Of a stretch of DNA of 64,000 nt, positions 9,831 through 18,155 are shown piece by piece. Source of the stretch: an uncultured Planctomycetota bacterium (GTDB lineage Bacteria; Planctomycetota; PLA2; JAEUHO01); assembly GCA_963752285.1 (NCBI GenBank), contig CAVVXN010000001.1:160001-224000 (forward strand), read 5' to 3'. Position numbers and translations under genes: made by a program. A model generated the notes under the pieces. The model saw only the letters and a list, made by a program, of their open reading frames with translations, was not told where the DNA came from and searched no databases. Numbering within the stretch: position 1 is the stretch's first letter; each line of letters begins with the position of its first letter.

Positions 9831-11633
9831 ATGCGAAGTATCTGGCCCGTGTTCCTCCTCCTCGTGGCGGCAAGCGACGTCGAGGCCGCCCGCGAGCGGC
9901 AGATGGCCGCGGGCGCCCGGATCCGCCTCGAACCCGACCGTACGGTGTGGCGACTCGGCGAGAACGTGATCGTTCGCTACATCGTCGAGAACGCGAGCGA
10001 CGAGCCCTTCACCGTGGACTGGGGAGGGGACTCGCGCGCTATCCGGCCTATCCGCAACATCGTGCAGGTCTACGACGCGGACGGGAGCCTCCTCGAAGAT
10101 CCCTGGCCCGATCCCCCCTGCTTCGGGGGGCCAGGCGGCGAGAGCGAGGTCACGATGTCGAAGCCCCTCGTGATCGAGATCGCGGTGCCGCGCTACCGCG
10201 TCTTCGCGAAGCCGGGCACGTACCGCATTCGCGTCGCCCACGACCTGGGCTGGGACGCCGTCGAAGACGGCGGGCGGGACGCTTGGATGGATGGGTGGGT
10301 CCCCGCCGAGGACGATCCCCGGTGGGCCGAGACGACGATCGAGATCTTCGAGCCGCCGGCCGACCGCATCGACGCGGTCCTCGACGTGATGAGCGCTCAG
10401 CCCAAGCGCGGCGATCAGACCATGCTGCGGAGGAACCGCGCATGGTCCGACTTCCTGACGATCCGGGACCCCGCCTACCTCCCCGCGCTCGTGAAACGGG
10501 CGCGGGCTCGGGGGAAATGGGATCCGTGGTGGCTCGAGGGGATCCGGAGCATCGAGACGCCGGAGGCCACGAAGGCCCTCGTCCGTCTGCTCTCCGAGGA
10601 GACGAGCGAGGCCCGCGCGGCCGCCCTCCTGGACCGTGTGCCCCTGCCGGATCGCATGCCCGCCGTCATCGAGTCCATCTCCCCGGTAGGTCCGGACCGT
10701 TCCATCCAGTCGCGCCTCGTGGAGAAGGCCTGGCGCGAGGCGTTCGCGGAACCTGCGCGTGCGTGGGCGAGGAAGAACCTCGGTGGTCGCTACGCGGGGC
10801 GGATCCCGCACTACGCGGCGTACATCCTGGCCTCCGCGGGGACGCCCGAGGACCTGCCGGCCTTGGAGGACGGTCTCGACCAGGCGCTCCAGTACGCAAG
10901 CGCCGATCCCAAGCGGCTGGCCGACGCGTCCGAGCGCGGACGGCTGGCGATGCTCTACCTCGCGATCCGGCAGCTCTACCGGCGAGGGGCGAAGCCGCCT
11001 GCGGATCCCGAGAAGCCGTTCGAGATCGCCCTCGCGCTCCTCTGGATCCAGGAGAAGGGCGTCGAGGGACTGGCGCCCTACGCGAAGCAGGTGGAGGCGG
11101 GACTGACGCACGAAGAGACCGCCATCCGGGATCTCACGCTGCGATGCCTTCCCAGACCACTCCCCGATCTCGCCTTGGAACACCTGCCTGTGCTGCTGCA
11201 GGACCCGGACAGAGAGGTTCGCATCGGCGCACTCCAGGCCGTTGGAGAGACGAAGGACGCGCGGTTCCGGCCCCTCGTAGCGGCGCAGCTCCGGGCGGCC
11301 GACGACTCCGGGTGGATGTTGACGGCCGAGGCGGCGGCGGAGGCTGTCGGGCTCGACGGGATCGACCGCGCGCGCATCCACGTCGAGAGGCTCGGAGAGG
11401 CGTCGCAATTCGCCCTCCGGTTCGGTCAGCTCCTGTGGGTGGTCGGGAACGTGGGGTACAGCACTTCGGGCGTCCCCGACGCCGACGAGCGCGCCCGCTT
11501 GCAGAGAGCGTGGACGGCGTTCCTGGACGCGTACGGCGACGCCTTGCGGAAGGGGAAGCGCTTCTCGCCGACGGACCCGGAGGTCGAGCCCCTCATCCCC
11601 TCGACGCTCCAGATCTCTCCCTCGGAGCGCTGA
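9831..11633 (+). CDS. Secreted protein with Ig-like N-terminal domain and HEAT-like repeats
   Basis: GAGGA RBS, signal peptide, PGTYRIRV strand, LLQDPDREVRIGALQAVG repeat. Confidence 0.7.
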   Translation: MRSIWPVFLLLVAASDVEAARERQMAAGARIRLEPDRTVWRLGENVIVRYIVENASDEPFTVDWGGDSRAIRPIRNIVQVYDADGSLLEDPWPDPPCFGGPGGESEVTMSKPLVIEIAVPRYRVFAKPGTYRIRVAHDLGWDAVEDGGRDAWMDGWVPAEDDPRWAETTIEIFEPPADRIDAVLDVMSAQPKRGDQTMLRRNRAWSDFLTIRDPAYLPALVKRARARGKWDPWWLEGIRSIETPEATKALVRLLSEETSEARAAALLDRVPLPDRMPAVIESISPVGPDRSIQSRLVEKAWREAFAEPARAWARKNLGGRYAGRIPHYAAYILASAGTPEDLPALEDGLDQALQYASADPKRLADASERGRLAMLYLAIRQLYRRGAKPPADPEKPFEIALALLWIQEKGVEGLAPYAKQVEAGLTHEETAIRDLTLRCLPRPLPDLALEHLPVLLQDPDREVRIGALQAVGETKDARFRPLVAAQLRAADDSGWMLTAEAAAEAVGLDGIDRARIHVERLGEASQFALRFGQLLWVVGNVGYSTSGVPDADERARLQRAWTAFLDAYGDALRKGKRFSPTDPEVEPLIPSTLQISPSER

Positions 11634-11743
11634 CCGCAGGATTCTTCTCCGGCTGGGCGATTCCCCCTGCGCACCTGAACGCCGACCTCTGGACGGTCGC
11701 CTCCCTCGAGGCAGCGTGAGGCAGCCGGGCCTGGCCGGGTCCT

Positions 11744-12268
11744 TCATTTGGGGATGTCGTAGCGCTCCTCGAGCACGCCGCGGTGGTGGAGCTCGTGGCC
11801 GGCGATGATCCAGGCGATCGCACCGGTTTGAAACCCCACTTCGGATGCCGTACCGCGGCTCTGCCACTGCTTGTCCGAGAGAGCGCGAAACAGCGTCACC
11901 GTACTCTTGCGAATCGCGACGAGGTCCGCCAGGACCGCCGAGAACGGCTGCTCGTCGAAGCGCGATCCGTTCATCCAGATCTCCTGATCCATCCCGGGAA
12001 TGGCCTGCAGGTCGCCTCGAGAGAAGGCGAGGGCGCGGTAGGCAAACACCCGTTCACAGTCCGCGACGTGTCCGACCACCTGTTTCACGCTCCACTTGTC
12101 GCTTTGATATCGGAAGCCGGCCCGCGGTTCGTCGAGCGGCTCGAGGATCGCACGGGTCTCGACGATCTGCTTCTCCAGCTGTTCGACGACGTCGCCATCG
12201 GGGACTCTGTCGATGTAGGTGAAGTAGTACTCGTTGGTTTCGGCGGCTGTCGGGCGTCGCGTTCTCAT
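11744..12268 (-). CDS. DinB/YfiT-family metal-binding protein
   Basis: YY..YI..V, KWSVKQVVGHVADCERVF, GHELHH. Confidence 0.9.
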   Translation of the reverse strand: MRTRRPTAAETNEYYFTYIDRVPDGDVVEQLEKQIVETRAILEPLDEPRAGFRYQSDKWSVKQVVGHVADCERVFAYRALAFSRGDLQAIPGMDQEIWMNGSRFDEQPFSAVLADLVAIRKSTVTLFRALSDKQWQSRGTASEVGFQTGAIAWIIAGHELHHRGVLEERYDIPK

Positions 12269-12403
12269 GGCCCGAGACTACCGCTTCGATGAGCGGTCGA
12301 GGTGTCGCGGTGGTCGGCGCGTCCCTCGACGTCCTCAACGACCCGGCGGCGACCCAGCGACCGAAGAACTCCGCCGCCGGATCGGCGCGTAGCAGCGAGA
12401 ATG

Positions 12404-12493
12404 TGGCGGAGGGAGAGGGATTCGAACCCCCGGTAGGTTTGACCCTACGCCGGTTTTCAAAACCGGTGCCTTCGACCGCTCGGCCATCCCTCC
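12404..12493 (-). tRNA. tRNA-Ser(TGA), 90 nt, CCA encoded
   Basis: Acceptor stem GGAGGGA/TCCCTCC-G-CCA, anticodon arm CCGGT-TTTGAAA-ACCGG, long variable arm, GGTTCGAATCC T-loop. Confidence 0.97.
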
Positions 12494-12857
12494 GCGTTGT
12501 GGGACGCGGCCCATGCTATCGCGTGGACGGTCGCTCGCGCGGGCGCGTCGGTTCTCGCTCGGTGTCGAGTCGTCGAGGGGGCTCGCCCACGCCGTGTGCG
12601 ACGCGCAGGGGTGCACGAGGCCGTGATCCAGGGTCGAACGCGTCGTCGAGTGGGGCCACGGCGGTCCGTAGGGCGTGGCCGTACTCGAAACCCCTCCGGG
12701 AGCGCCGGGGGCTCGTCCGACCGTCGGTGGGACCCGAGGCCGGGGTGCGGCCTGGGACCGGCGCCGGGTGCGGGCCACGAGGGCCTGGGGAGACGGGACA
12801 GGCCTGAAATCTGGGCTCTCGGGAGTGTCCCCCCCATGTGTTCTCTTGTTGTTCGCA

Positions 12858-14378
12858 ATGAGCTGGCCCACCCACTGGTCGAATCCCGTCGCCGGCGCCT
12901 GGAGGGAGGACGAGGTCGTCGCGATGCTCCCCGAGGCCGTGAAGGAGGCGCGGGAAAGCCAGATGCGGCAGGCGCGGATCCTCGTGAAGGTGGACGTGTC
13001 GGGCCATCACCGAACGGCCGGCGCGGCGAGCATCGAAGGCTTCGCGCTTCGCTTCGGGCTGGGGCCGCGCGAGACGCGCGACCTCGTCCGTCTGGGGTAC
13101 CTCCTTCGGCGCTGCCCGGAGGCCGAGGACGCCTTCGTGAACGGCCGTCTGCCGCTCGAGTCGGCCGGTTGGCTGTACCTCATCCTGCAGCCCGTCGGCG
13201 ACTCTCCTCCGGACGCGCGCCCTGCCCAGGGCTGGCTTGCGCTGGCGTGCCGGACCGCGCCCCGCGACTTCGGGGACCTCGTCCGTCGCGTCCGTGCGCA
13301 GCTGCGCACCGGCAGTCGCACGCTTTCCATCTCGCTCCTCCTGGAGGAGGGGACGTTCGAGAAGTTCCGGCGCGCCAAGAAGGTGCTGCGGCACATGCGG
13401 AAGCACGCGGTGAGCGAGGACGAGCTGGTGGACGTCCTCTGCCAGGAGTTCCTCGACCGCCACGATCCCGCGCGCGTACCGTCCCGAACCCGGAAGGTGG
13501 TGCCGACCGATCGTCGCGGTCGTCACATCCCGGCGCACGTGCAGCGCGAGGTGATCGAGCGCGACGGGCTTCGCTGTTGTCACCCGGGCTGCGAACGGCC
13601 CGGGCCCTATCACTTCGGCCACATCGTTCCGTACGCCCTGGGGGGCGCGAACGACGCGGAGTCGATCGTCATCCAATGTTCCTGCCACAACGGGCTCGAG
13701 GAGGTCGGCATCGTCCGGCTCGTCGGCCCCGCGACGAACCTGGGGTTCCAGTACCGCTTCGGCGGCACGGACAAACCCTGGAGCCCCGTGGAGCGACCGT
13801 ACGGGCGTGGCGCCGAGGAACGCAGAGAGCGGTGGGCGCGGCTCCGGAAGAAGTACTACGCCGAGGGACGCCGGAATCCCGCCCTCCCTGCGCCGGGGGA
13901 GCCGTTTCGGCCCGAGCCGCCGCCCTCGACGGCAGTTCCGGCCGCCCCGGATCTGCCTGGCGACGACCCGCGCCGGTCGGAGATCCACCCGACCGCGCCT
14001 CCTCTGCAGGACACGGCATGGATCGTCGATCCGCTCGAGGCCGAGCCCGCCCGCGCCGAGCCGCGCGGTCGAGCCCACGCCGTCGCGGGCGTGCTCGCCT
14101 CGGAGCGAACCGGGCGCCCGTCGGACGATGGGCTCGAGACGGAGCCGCGCATCCCGATCCCGTATCTCGAGGCGCGCGATCCCGCGAAGCTCGATGGATG
14201 GCTGGAGGGCTGGTTCACGCGGTGGGCCGGAGGAGACGACGCATGCCAAGACCGCCTCGAACCGACGCCTGAGCCCGCCCGTACGCCTTGCGCGGCGGCG
14301 CCCGACGATCGAGCCGGGTGGCGGTCGGACGTTGGGGGACCTCGGGACCGGGGCGCACCGAGCGAGCATCCGCCGTAG
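12858..14378 (+). CDS. HNH-endonuclease-domain protein (DUF222/13E12-like architecture)
   Basis: RHIPAHVQREVIERDGLRCCHPGC...HIVPYALGG..CSCH; helical N-terminus; Pro-rich C-terminal tail; start uncertain. Confidence 0.75.
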   Translation: MSWPTHWSNPVAGAWREDEVVAMLPEAVKEARESQMRQARILVKVDVSGHHRTAGAASIEGFALRFGLGPRETRDLVRLGYLLRRCPEAEDAFVNGRLPLESAGWLYLILQPVGDSPPDARPAQGWLALACRTAPRDFGDLVRRVRAQLRTGSRTLSISLLLEEGTFEKFRRAKKVLRHMRKHAVSEDELVDVLCQEFLDRHDPARVPSRTRKVVPTDRRGRHIPAHVQREVIERDGLRCCHPGCERPGPYHFGHIVPYALGGANDAESIVIQCSCHNGLEEVGIVRLVGPATNLGFQYRFGGTDKPWSPVERPYGRGAEERRERWARLRKKYYAEGRRNPALPAPGEPFRPEPPPSTAVPAAPDLPGDDPRRSEIHPTAPPLQDTAWIVDPLEAEPARAEPRGRAHAVAGVLASERTGRPSDDGLETEPRIPIPYLEARDPAKLDGWLEGWFTRWAGGDDACQDRLEPTPEPARTPCAAAPDDRAGWRSDVGGPRDRGAPSEHPP

Positions 14379-14737
14379 CGCAGGCGAGGCTCCGTTTGCC
14401 GGCATGGCCAGGATTGCCCGGTCCCGGGTGCCAATTCGAGCCGGTGCGAGACCTCGGTCCGCGGCCGTCCGTCCCCCCTCATCGGCCCAGGTGCGGATGG
14501 GCATGCCGTATGCCTCCATCGGCGTCAGTGACGGAGAGCCCACGGCATGAAGAGCGAACGGACAACGATGGACTGAGCCGGGCCCGAGCGGGACGAGACC
14601 GCCGGACTGCCGACGACGGGGCGCTACGAGTCGGCATGCCGCCGTCCCGCTCGGGGGCTCGAGAGCGAGGGGTGCCCCGAGGTGGCGACACCTGCCCTCG
14701 CGACGAGCCGCTTTGCGTTTCGACGAGAGGAGATGTC

Positions 14738-14938
14738 ATGAACTGGGACCAAGTGAAGGGCAACTGGAAGCAGATCAAGGGCGAGGTGCAGCGTCAGTGG
14801 GGCAAGCTCACGGACGACGACCTCGCGCAGATCCGCGGCGAGCGCGAGGTGCTCGTCGGCCGGCTTCAGGAGCGATACGGGTTCGCGAAGGCCGAGGCCG
14901 AGCGCAGGCTCGAGGCCTGGGAGCGGTCCCGCGGGTAG
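14738..14938 (+). CDS. CsbD/YjbJ-family stress protein (66 aa)
   Basis: MNWDQVKGNWKQIKG..WGKLTDDDL..G.RE.LVG.LQERYG; GAGGAG RBS. Confidence 0.95.
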   Translation: MNWDQVKGNWKQIKGEVQRQWGKLTDDDLAQIRGEREVLVGRLQERYGFAKAEAERRLEAWERSRG

Positions 14939-15007
14939 CGGGTCCGTGGTGACGCCAGATGACCCGAATGCGGGATGGCACCGGCGGCTCGCGGGCGCGC
15001 GGGCGGG

Positions 15008-15052
15008 CGCGTTGCGAAGACACGCGTTGCAAAGACACGCGTTGCGAAGGCA
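15008..15052. repeat. 3 x 15-bp tandem repeat CGCGTTGC(G/A)AAG(A/G)CA
   Basis: Copies at 15008, 15023 and 15038; the array ends 7 nt before ATG 15060. Confidence 0.9.
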
Positions 15053-15059
15053 TTCGCCC

Positions 15060-15598
15060 ATGACGGACACCCGGCCGATCGTCGTGGTGACCGGCGCGTC
15101 CGCGGGCGTCGGGCGGGCGACCGCGCGCCTCTTCGCCCAGCGCGGCTACGACGTCGCCCTCCTCGCGCGAGGCCACGACGGACTCGAGGCCGCGGCGGAT
15201 GACGTGCGCGAACGCGGGGGCACGGCCCTCGTCGTCCCGACCGACGTGTCCGACGCGAACGCAGTCGAGCACGCGGCGGACCAGATCGAACGAAAACTCG
15301 GGCCGATCGACGTCTGGGTGAACGACGCGATGGTGACCGTGATGTCGCGCATCGTAGACCTCGCCCCGAAGGGCGTCCGTCGCGTCACGGAGGTGACCTA
15401 CCTGGGCGTCGTGTACGGGACCCTCGCCGCGCTGCGCCGCATGCGGGCGCGCGACCGCGGCACGATCGTGCAGGTCGGCTCGGCGCTCTCGTACCGCGCG
15501 ATCCCGCGACAGGCGGCGTACTGCGCGGCCGAATCGTGGCCGGAGTCGCCTTCACCTTCGCCGTGGCGTCGGCGCTGTTCTGGCTCGCGCGCCGGTAG
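15060..15598 (+). pseudogene. SDR oxidoreductase pseudogene (internal deletion plus frameshift)
   Basis: TGASAGVG and VWVNDA intact, but YCAAK is cut to YCAA|E at about 15530; a hydrophobic C-terminal tail IVAGVAFTFAVASALFWLARR* follows immediately in another frame. Confidence 0.75.
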
Positions 15599-15732
15599 CG
15601 GAGCGCGGGCAATGCTCCCGTCGTGAACCCTGCGGGCGCCCGCGCCCGCGGTCGCGCCCGCGGTCGCGGTCGTGGTCGCGGTCACGATCGCGTGAGGTGG
15701 TGGAGCAGCCCGCCCAGGCGCGCGAGCGGGCG

Positions 15733-16131
15733 TCAGAGGTTCGCGGCCTCGCGCATCACGTCGTCCGCGACGTAGATCGGCTTACCGACGGAGGTGGCGA
15801 GCGCGATCGCGTCGCTCGGCCTCGAATCGACCTCGACCACGGCGCCGTCGAGCCGGTGAAGGTGGATCTTCGCGTAGAAGGTCCCCTCCTTCAGGGACGT
15901 CACCTCGATCTTCTGGATGTCGGCGCCGGCGGCCTCGACGAGCGCGCCTGCGAGGTCGTGCGTCATCGGTCGGGAGAGCTTCACGCTCTTCACGAAACGG
16001 TCGATCGCCTGCGCCTCCTGGTACCCGATCACGATCGTCAGCTGACGCTCCCCCTCCTTCTCGCCGAGGGTGATGAACTGCTTGTCCCCGGTGTCGTTGA
16101 TCGTGATGCGCTGGAGCTCGACCTCGATCAC
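15733..16131 (-). CDS. Bifunctional nuclease family (DUF151) protein
   Basis: IVIG..EA.AI, RPMTHDL, GTFYA, DSRPSDAIALA. Confidence 0.92.
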   Translation of the reverse strand: MIEVELQRITINDTGDKQFITLGEKEGERQLTIVIGYQEAQAIDRFVKSVKLSRPMTHDLAGALVEAAGADIQKIEVTSLKEGTFYAKIHLHRLDGAVVEVDSRPSDAIALATSVGKPIYVADDVMREAANL

Positions 16132-16201
16132 GCGCCGCTCCTCGAGAGGGGGAACGGAGAGGAATCCTACCAGGGCGCCGGCCGCGGTGTTTCATATGGG
16201 G

Positions 16202-17254
16202 ATGCAAGGCACGCTGCCCTTGATCGAGGTGCGCCGAGGTGGGCATCTCGAGTCGGTCCACCGCGGGTCGCTCGTGGTGCTGGACGGCCGACGGACCGTC
16301 CTCTCGTACGGCGCACCTGCGACGCTCACGTTCTACCGCTCCACGAGCAAGCCGCTCCAGGCGCTCGTGGCCGTGACGAGCGGCGCGGTGGACGCGTTCG
16401 GCATGGACGACGCGGAGCTGGCCCTCGCCGCGGGAAGTCACAACGCCGAGCCACGGCACCTGGCGGCCGCGCGGTCCATCCTGGCGAAGGCCGGCCTCGA
16501 CGAGAGCGCGCTCCGGTGCGGCGGGCACTGGTCGATCGACCCGGACACCGCGTTCGCACAGCGCCGCGAGGTCGAGAAGCCCCCAGCGGTCTTCTCGAAC
16601 TGCTCGGGCAAGCACGCGATGATGCTCGCGACCGCGAAGCACCTCGGGCTCGACACCGACTCGTACCTCGACCCGGCGCATCCGGTGCAAGCGACGATCC
16701 GCGCGCACGTCGCCCGGCTCGCCGAGATCCCCGTGGAGGCGGTCGCCGTCGGGGTGGACAACTGCGGGGCCCCGGCATTCGCAGTCCCGCTCGCCGCGAT
16801 GGCCCGTTCTCTCTCGCGCTTCGCCGCGCCCGACCTCGAGCTCGAGCCCTCTCTCGCCGCGGCCTGCCGGCGCGTGGCGCGCGCGGCACGCGCCCATCCC
16901 CACATGATCGCGGGCCGGGGCCGCTTCGACACCGACCTGATGGTGAGCGCCTCCGCGCCGCTCGTCGCCAAGGCGGGCGCCGAGGGGGTGCACGGCTGGG
17001 CGGTGGTGGACCGCGGCCTCGCGATGGCCGTAAAGGCCGCCGACGGCCGCGACCGCGGCTATCGCCGGCCCGTCGTCGAGATCCTCGCGCGCCTGGGTCT
17101 GCTCACGCCGGAGGGGGCGGACGGGCTCCGCGACCGGCAGTGCGACGTCGTGATCCGGAACTGGGTCGGCCGCGAGGTCGGACGAACGGAACTCGCGCCC
17201 GACCTGGCCGGCGCGATCGCCAGGCTCGCGCCGGCGGGCGACCGGGTACGCTGA
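16202..17254 (+). CDS. L-asparaginase II (Rhizobium-type class 3)
   Basis: RG..ESVH.G, RSTSKPLQ, SHNAE..H, NCSGKH, DNCGAP, AKAGAEG; start may be 16196. Confidence 0.9.
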   Translation: MQGTLPLIEVRRGGHLESVHRGSLVVLDGRRTVLSYGAPATLTFYRSTSKPLQALVAVTSGAVDAFGMDDAELALAAGSHNAEPRHLAAARSILAKAGLDESALRCGGHWSIDPDTAFAQRREVEKPPAVFSNCSGKHAMMLATAKHLGLDTDSYLDPAHPVQATIRAHVARLAEIPVEAVAVGVDNCGAPAFAVPLAAMARSLSRFAAPDLELEPSLAAACRRVARAARAHPHMIAGRGRFDTDLMVSASAPLVAKAGAEGVHGWAVVDRGLAMAVKAADGRDRGYRRPVVEILARLGLLTPEGADGLRDRQCDVVIRNWVGREVGRTELAPDLAGAIARLAPAGDRVR

Positions 17255-17261
17255 GCACGGA

Positions 17262-18155
17262 ATGCGTCGCGTACGGACGCCCCCCCGGATCGCGCCTCGT
17301 CCGAAAGACGCCCACAAGGCATCGGTCGGACGCGTCCTGGTCGTGGGCGGGAGCCGCGACCTCGTCGGCGCGCCCACCCTGGCCGCGCTCGGCGCGCTGC
17401 GCGCGGGCGCGGGGCTGGTTCGCATCGCGGTCCCGGCCTCCCTGCAACGGGCGGTCGCGACGATCCGACCCGAGGCGACGACGGCGGGCCTCCCCGAGAC
17501 GGAGGAGGCGTCCCTCGCGCCCGCCGCGCTCGACGAGCTGCGGGCGATCCTCGACGCGTGGGACGCGGTCGTGCTCGGCCCCGGTGGCGGCCGCGCGCCG
17601 ACGACCGTCGTGGCCCTCGGCGCGCTCGCCTGCCGGATCGCGAGGCCGCTCGTGCTCGACGCCGACGGTCTCTTCTCGCTCGGCGCCGACCCGTCGCGAC
17701 TACGCGAGCGGCGCGAGGCGACGATCGTGACCCCGCACGAAGGCGAGGCGGCACGCCTCCTCGACACGACGTCGAGCCACGTCCGAGCCGATCGCGAGCG
17801 GGCAGCGCTTTCGCTCGCCGCGACGACCGGGGCGGTGGTCGTGCTGAAGGGGCCCGGCACGATCGTGACCGACGGCGAACGGCTCTTCACGTCGCGGCGC
17901 GGCGGGCCGTGGCTCGCGACGGGCGGAACGGGCGACGTCCTCTCGGGCGTGGTCGCCGCGTTCCTCGCGGGTCTCCCCGGCACCGGCGGCGACGCGTTCG
18001 GCGCGGCGTGCGCGGCGGTCGATGCACACGGCCGGGCCGGCGACGCGGCGGCGCACGGCCACGACCGGGGGCTCATCGCGACGGACGTCGCCGAGGCGCT
18101 CCCCGACGCGGTCGCCACGCTCGTGGGACCCGCGCGCGGTACGCGGAAGCGATGA
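17262..18155 (+). CDS. nnrD: ADP-dependent NAD(P)H-hydrate dehydratase (stand-alone YjeF C-terminal domain)
   Basis: HK..GRVLVVGGS..GAP, GAGLV, LDADGL, TPHEGE, LATGGTGDVLSG. Confidence 0.92.
   Translation: MRRVRTPPRIAPRPKDAHKASVGRVLVVGGSRDLVGAPTLAALGALRAGAGLVRIAVPASLQRAVATIRPEATTAGLPETEEASLAPAALDELRAILDAWDAVVLGPGGGRAPTTVVALGALACRIARPLVLDADGLFSLGADPSRLRERREATIVTPHEGEAARLLDTTSSHVRADRERAALSLAATTGAVVVLKGPGTIVTDGERLFTSRRGGPWLATGGTGDVLSGVVAAFLAGLPGTGGDAFGAACAAVDAHGRAGDAAAHGHDRGLIATDVAEALPDAVATLVGPARGTRKR

Noticed and set aside
14976..14992. TGGCAC as a sigma-54 promoter (also on the minus strand near 46345-46356)
   Set aside because: The GG-N10-GC spacing is not satisfied.
15008..15052. Tandem repeats here and at 35151-35186 as a CRISPR array
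   Set aside because: No spacers, units are too short, and no cas genes are present.
15630..15695. GGTCGC-type hexamer run between convergent genes
   Set aside because: Low-complexity slippage with no further structure.
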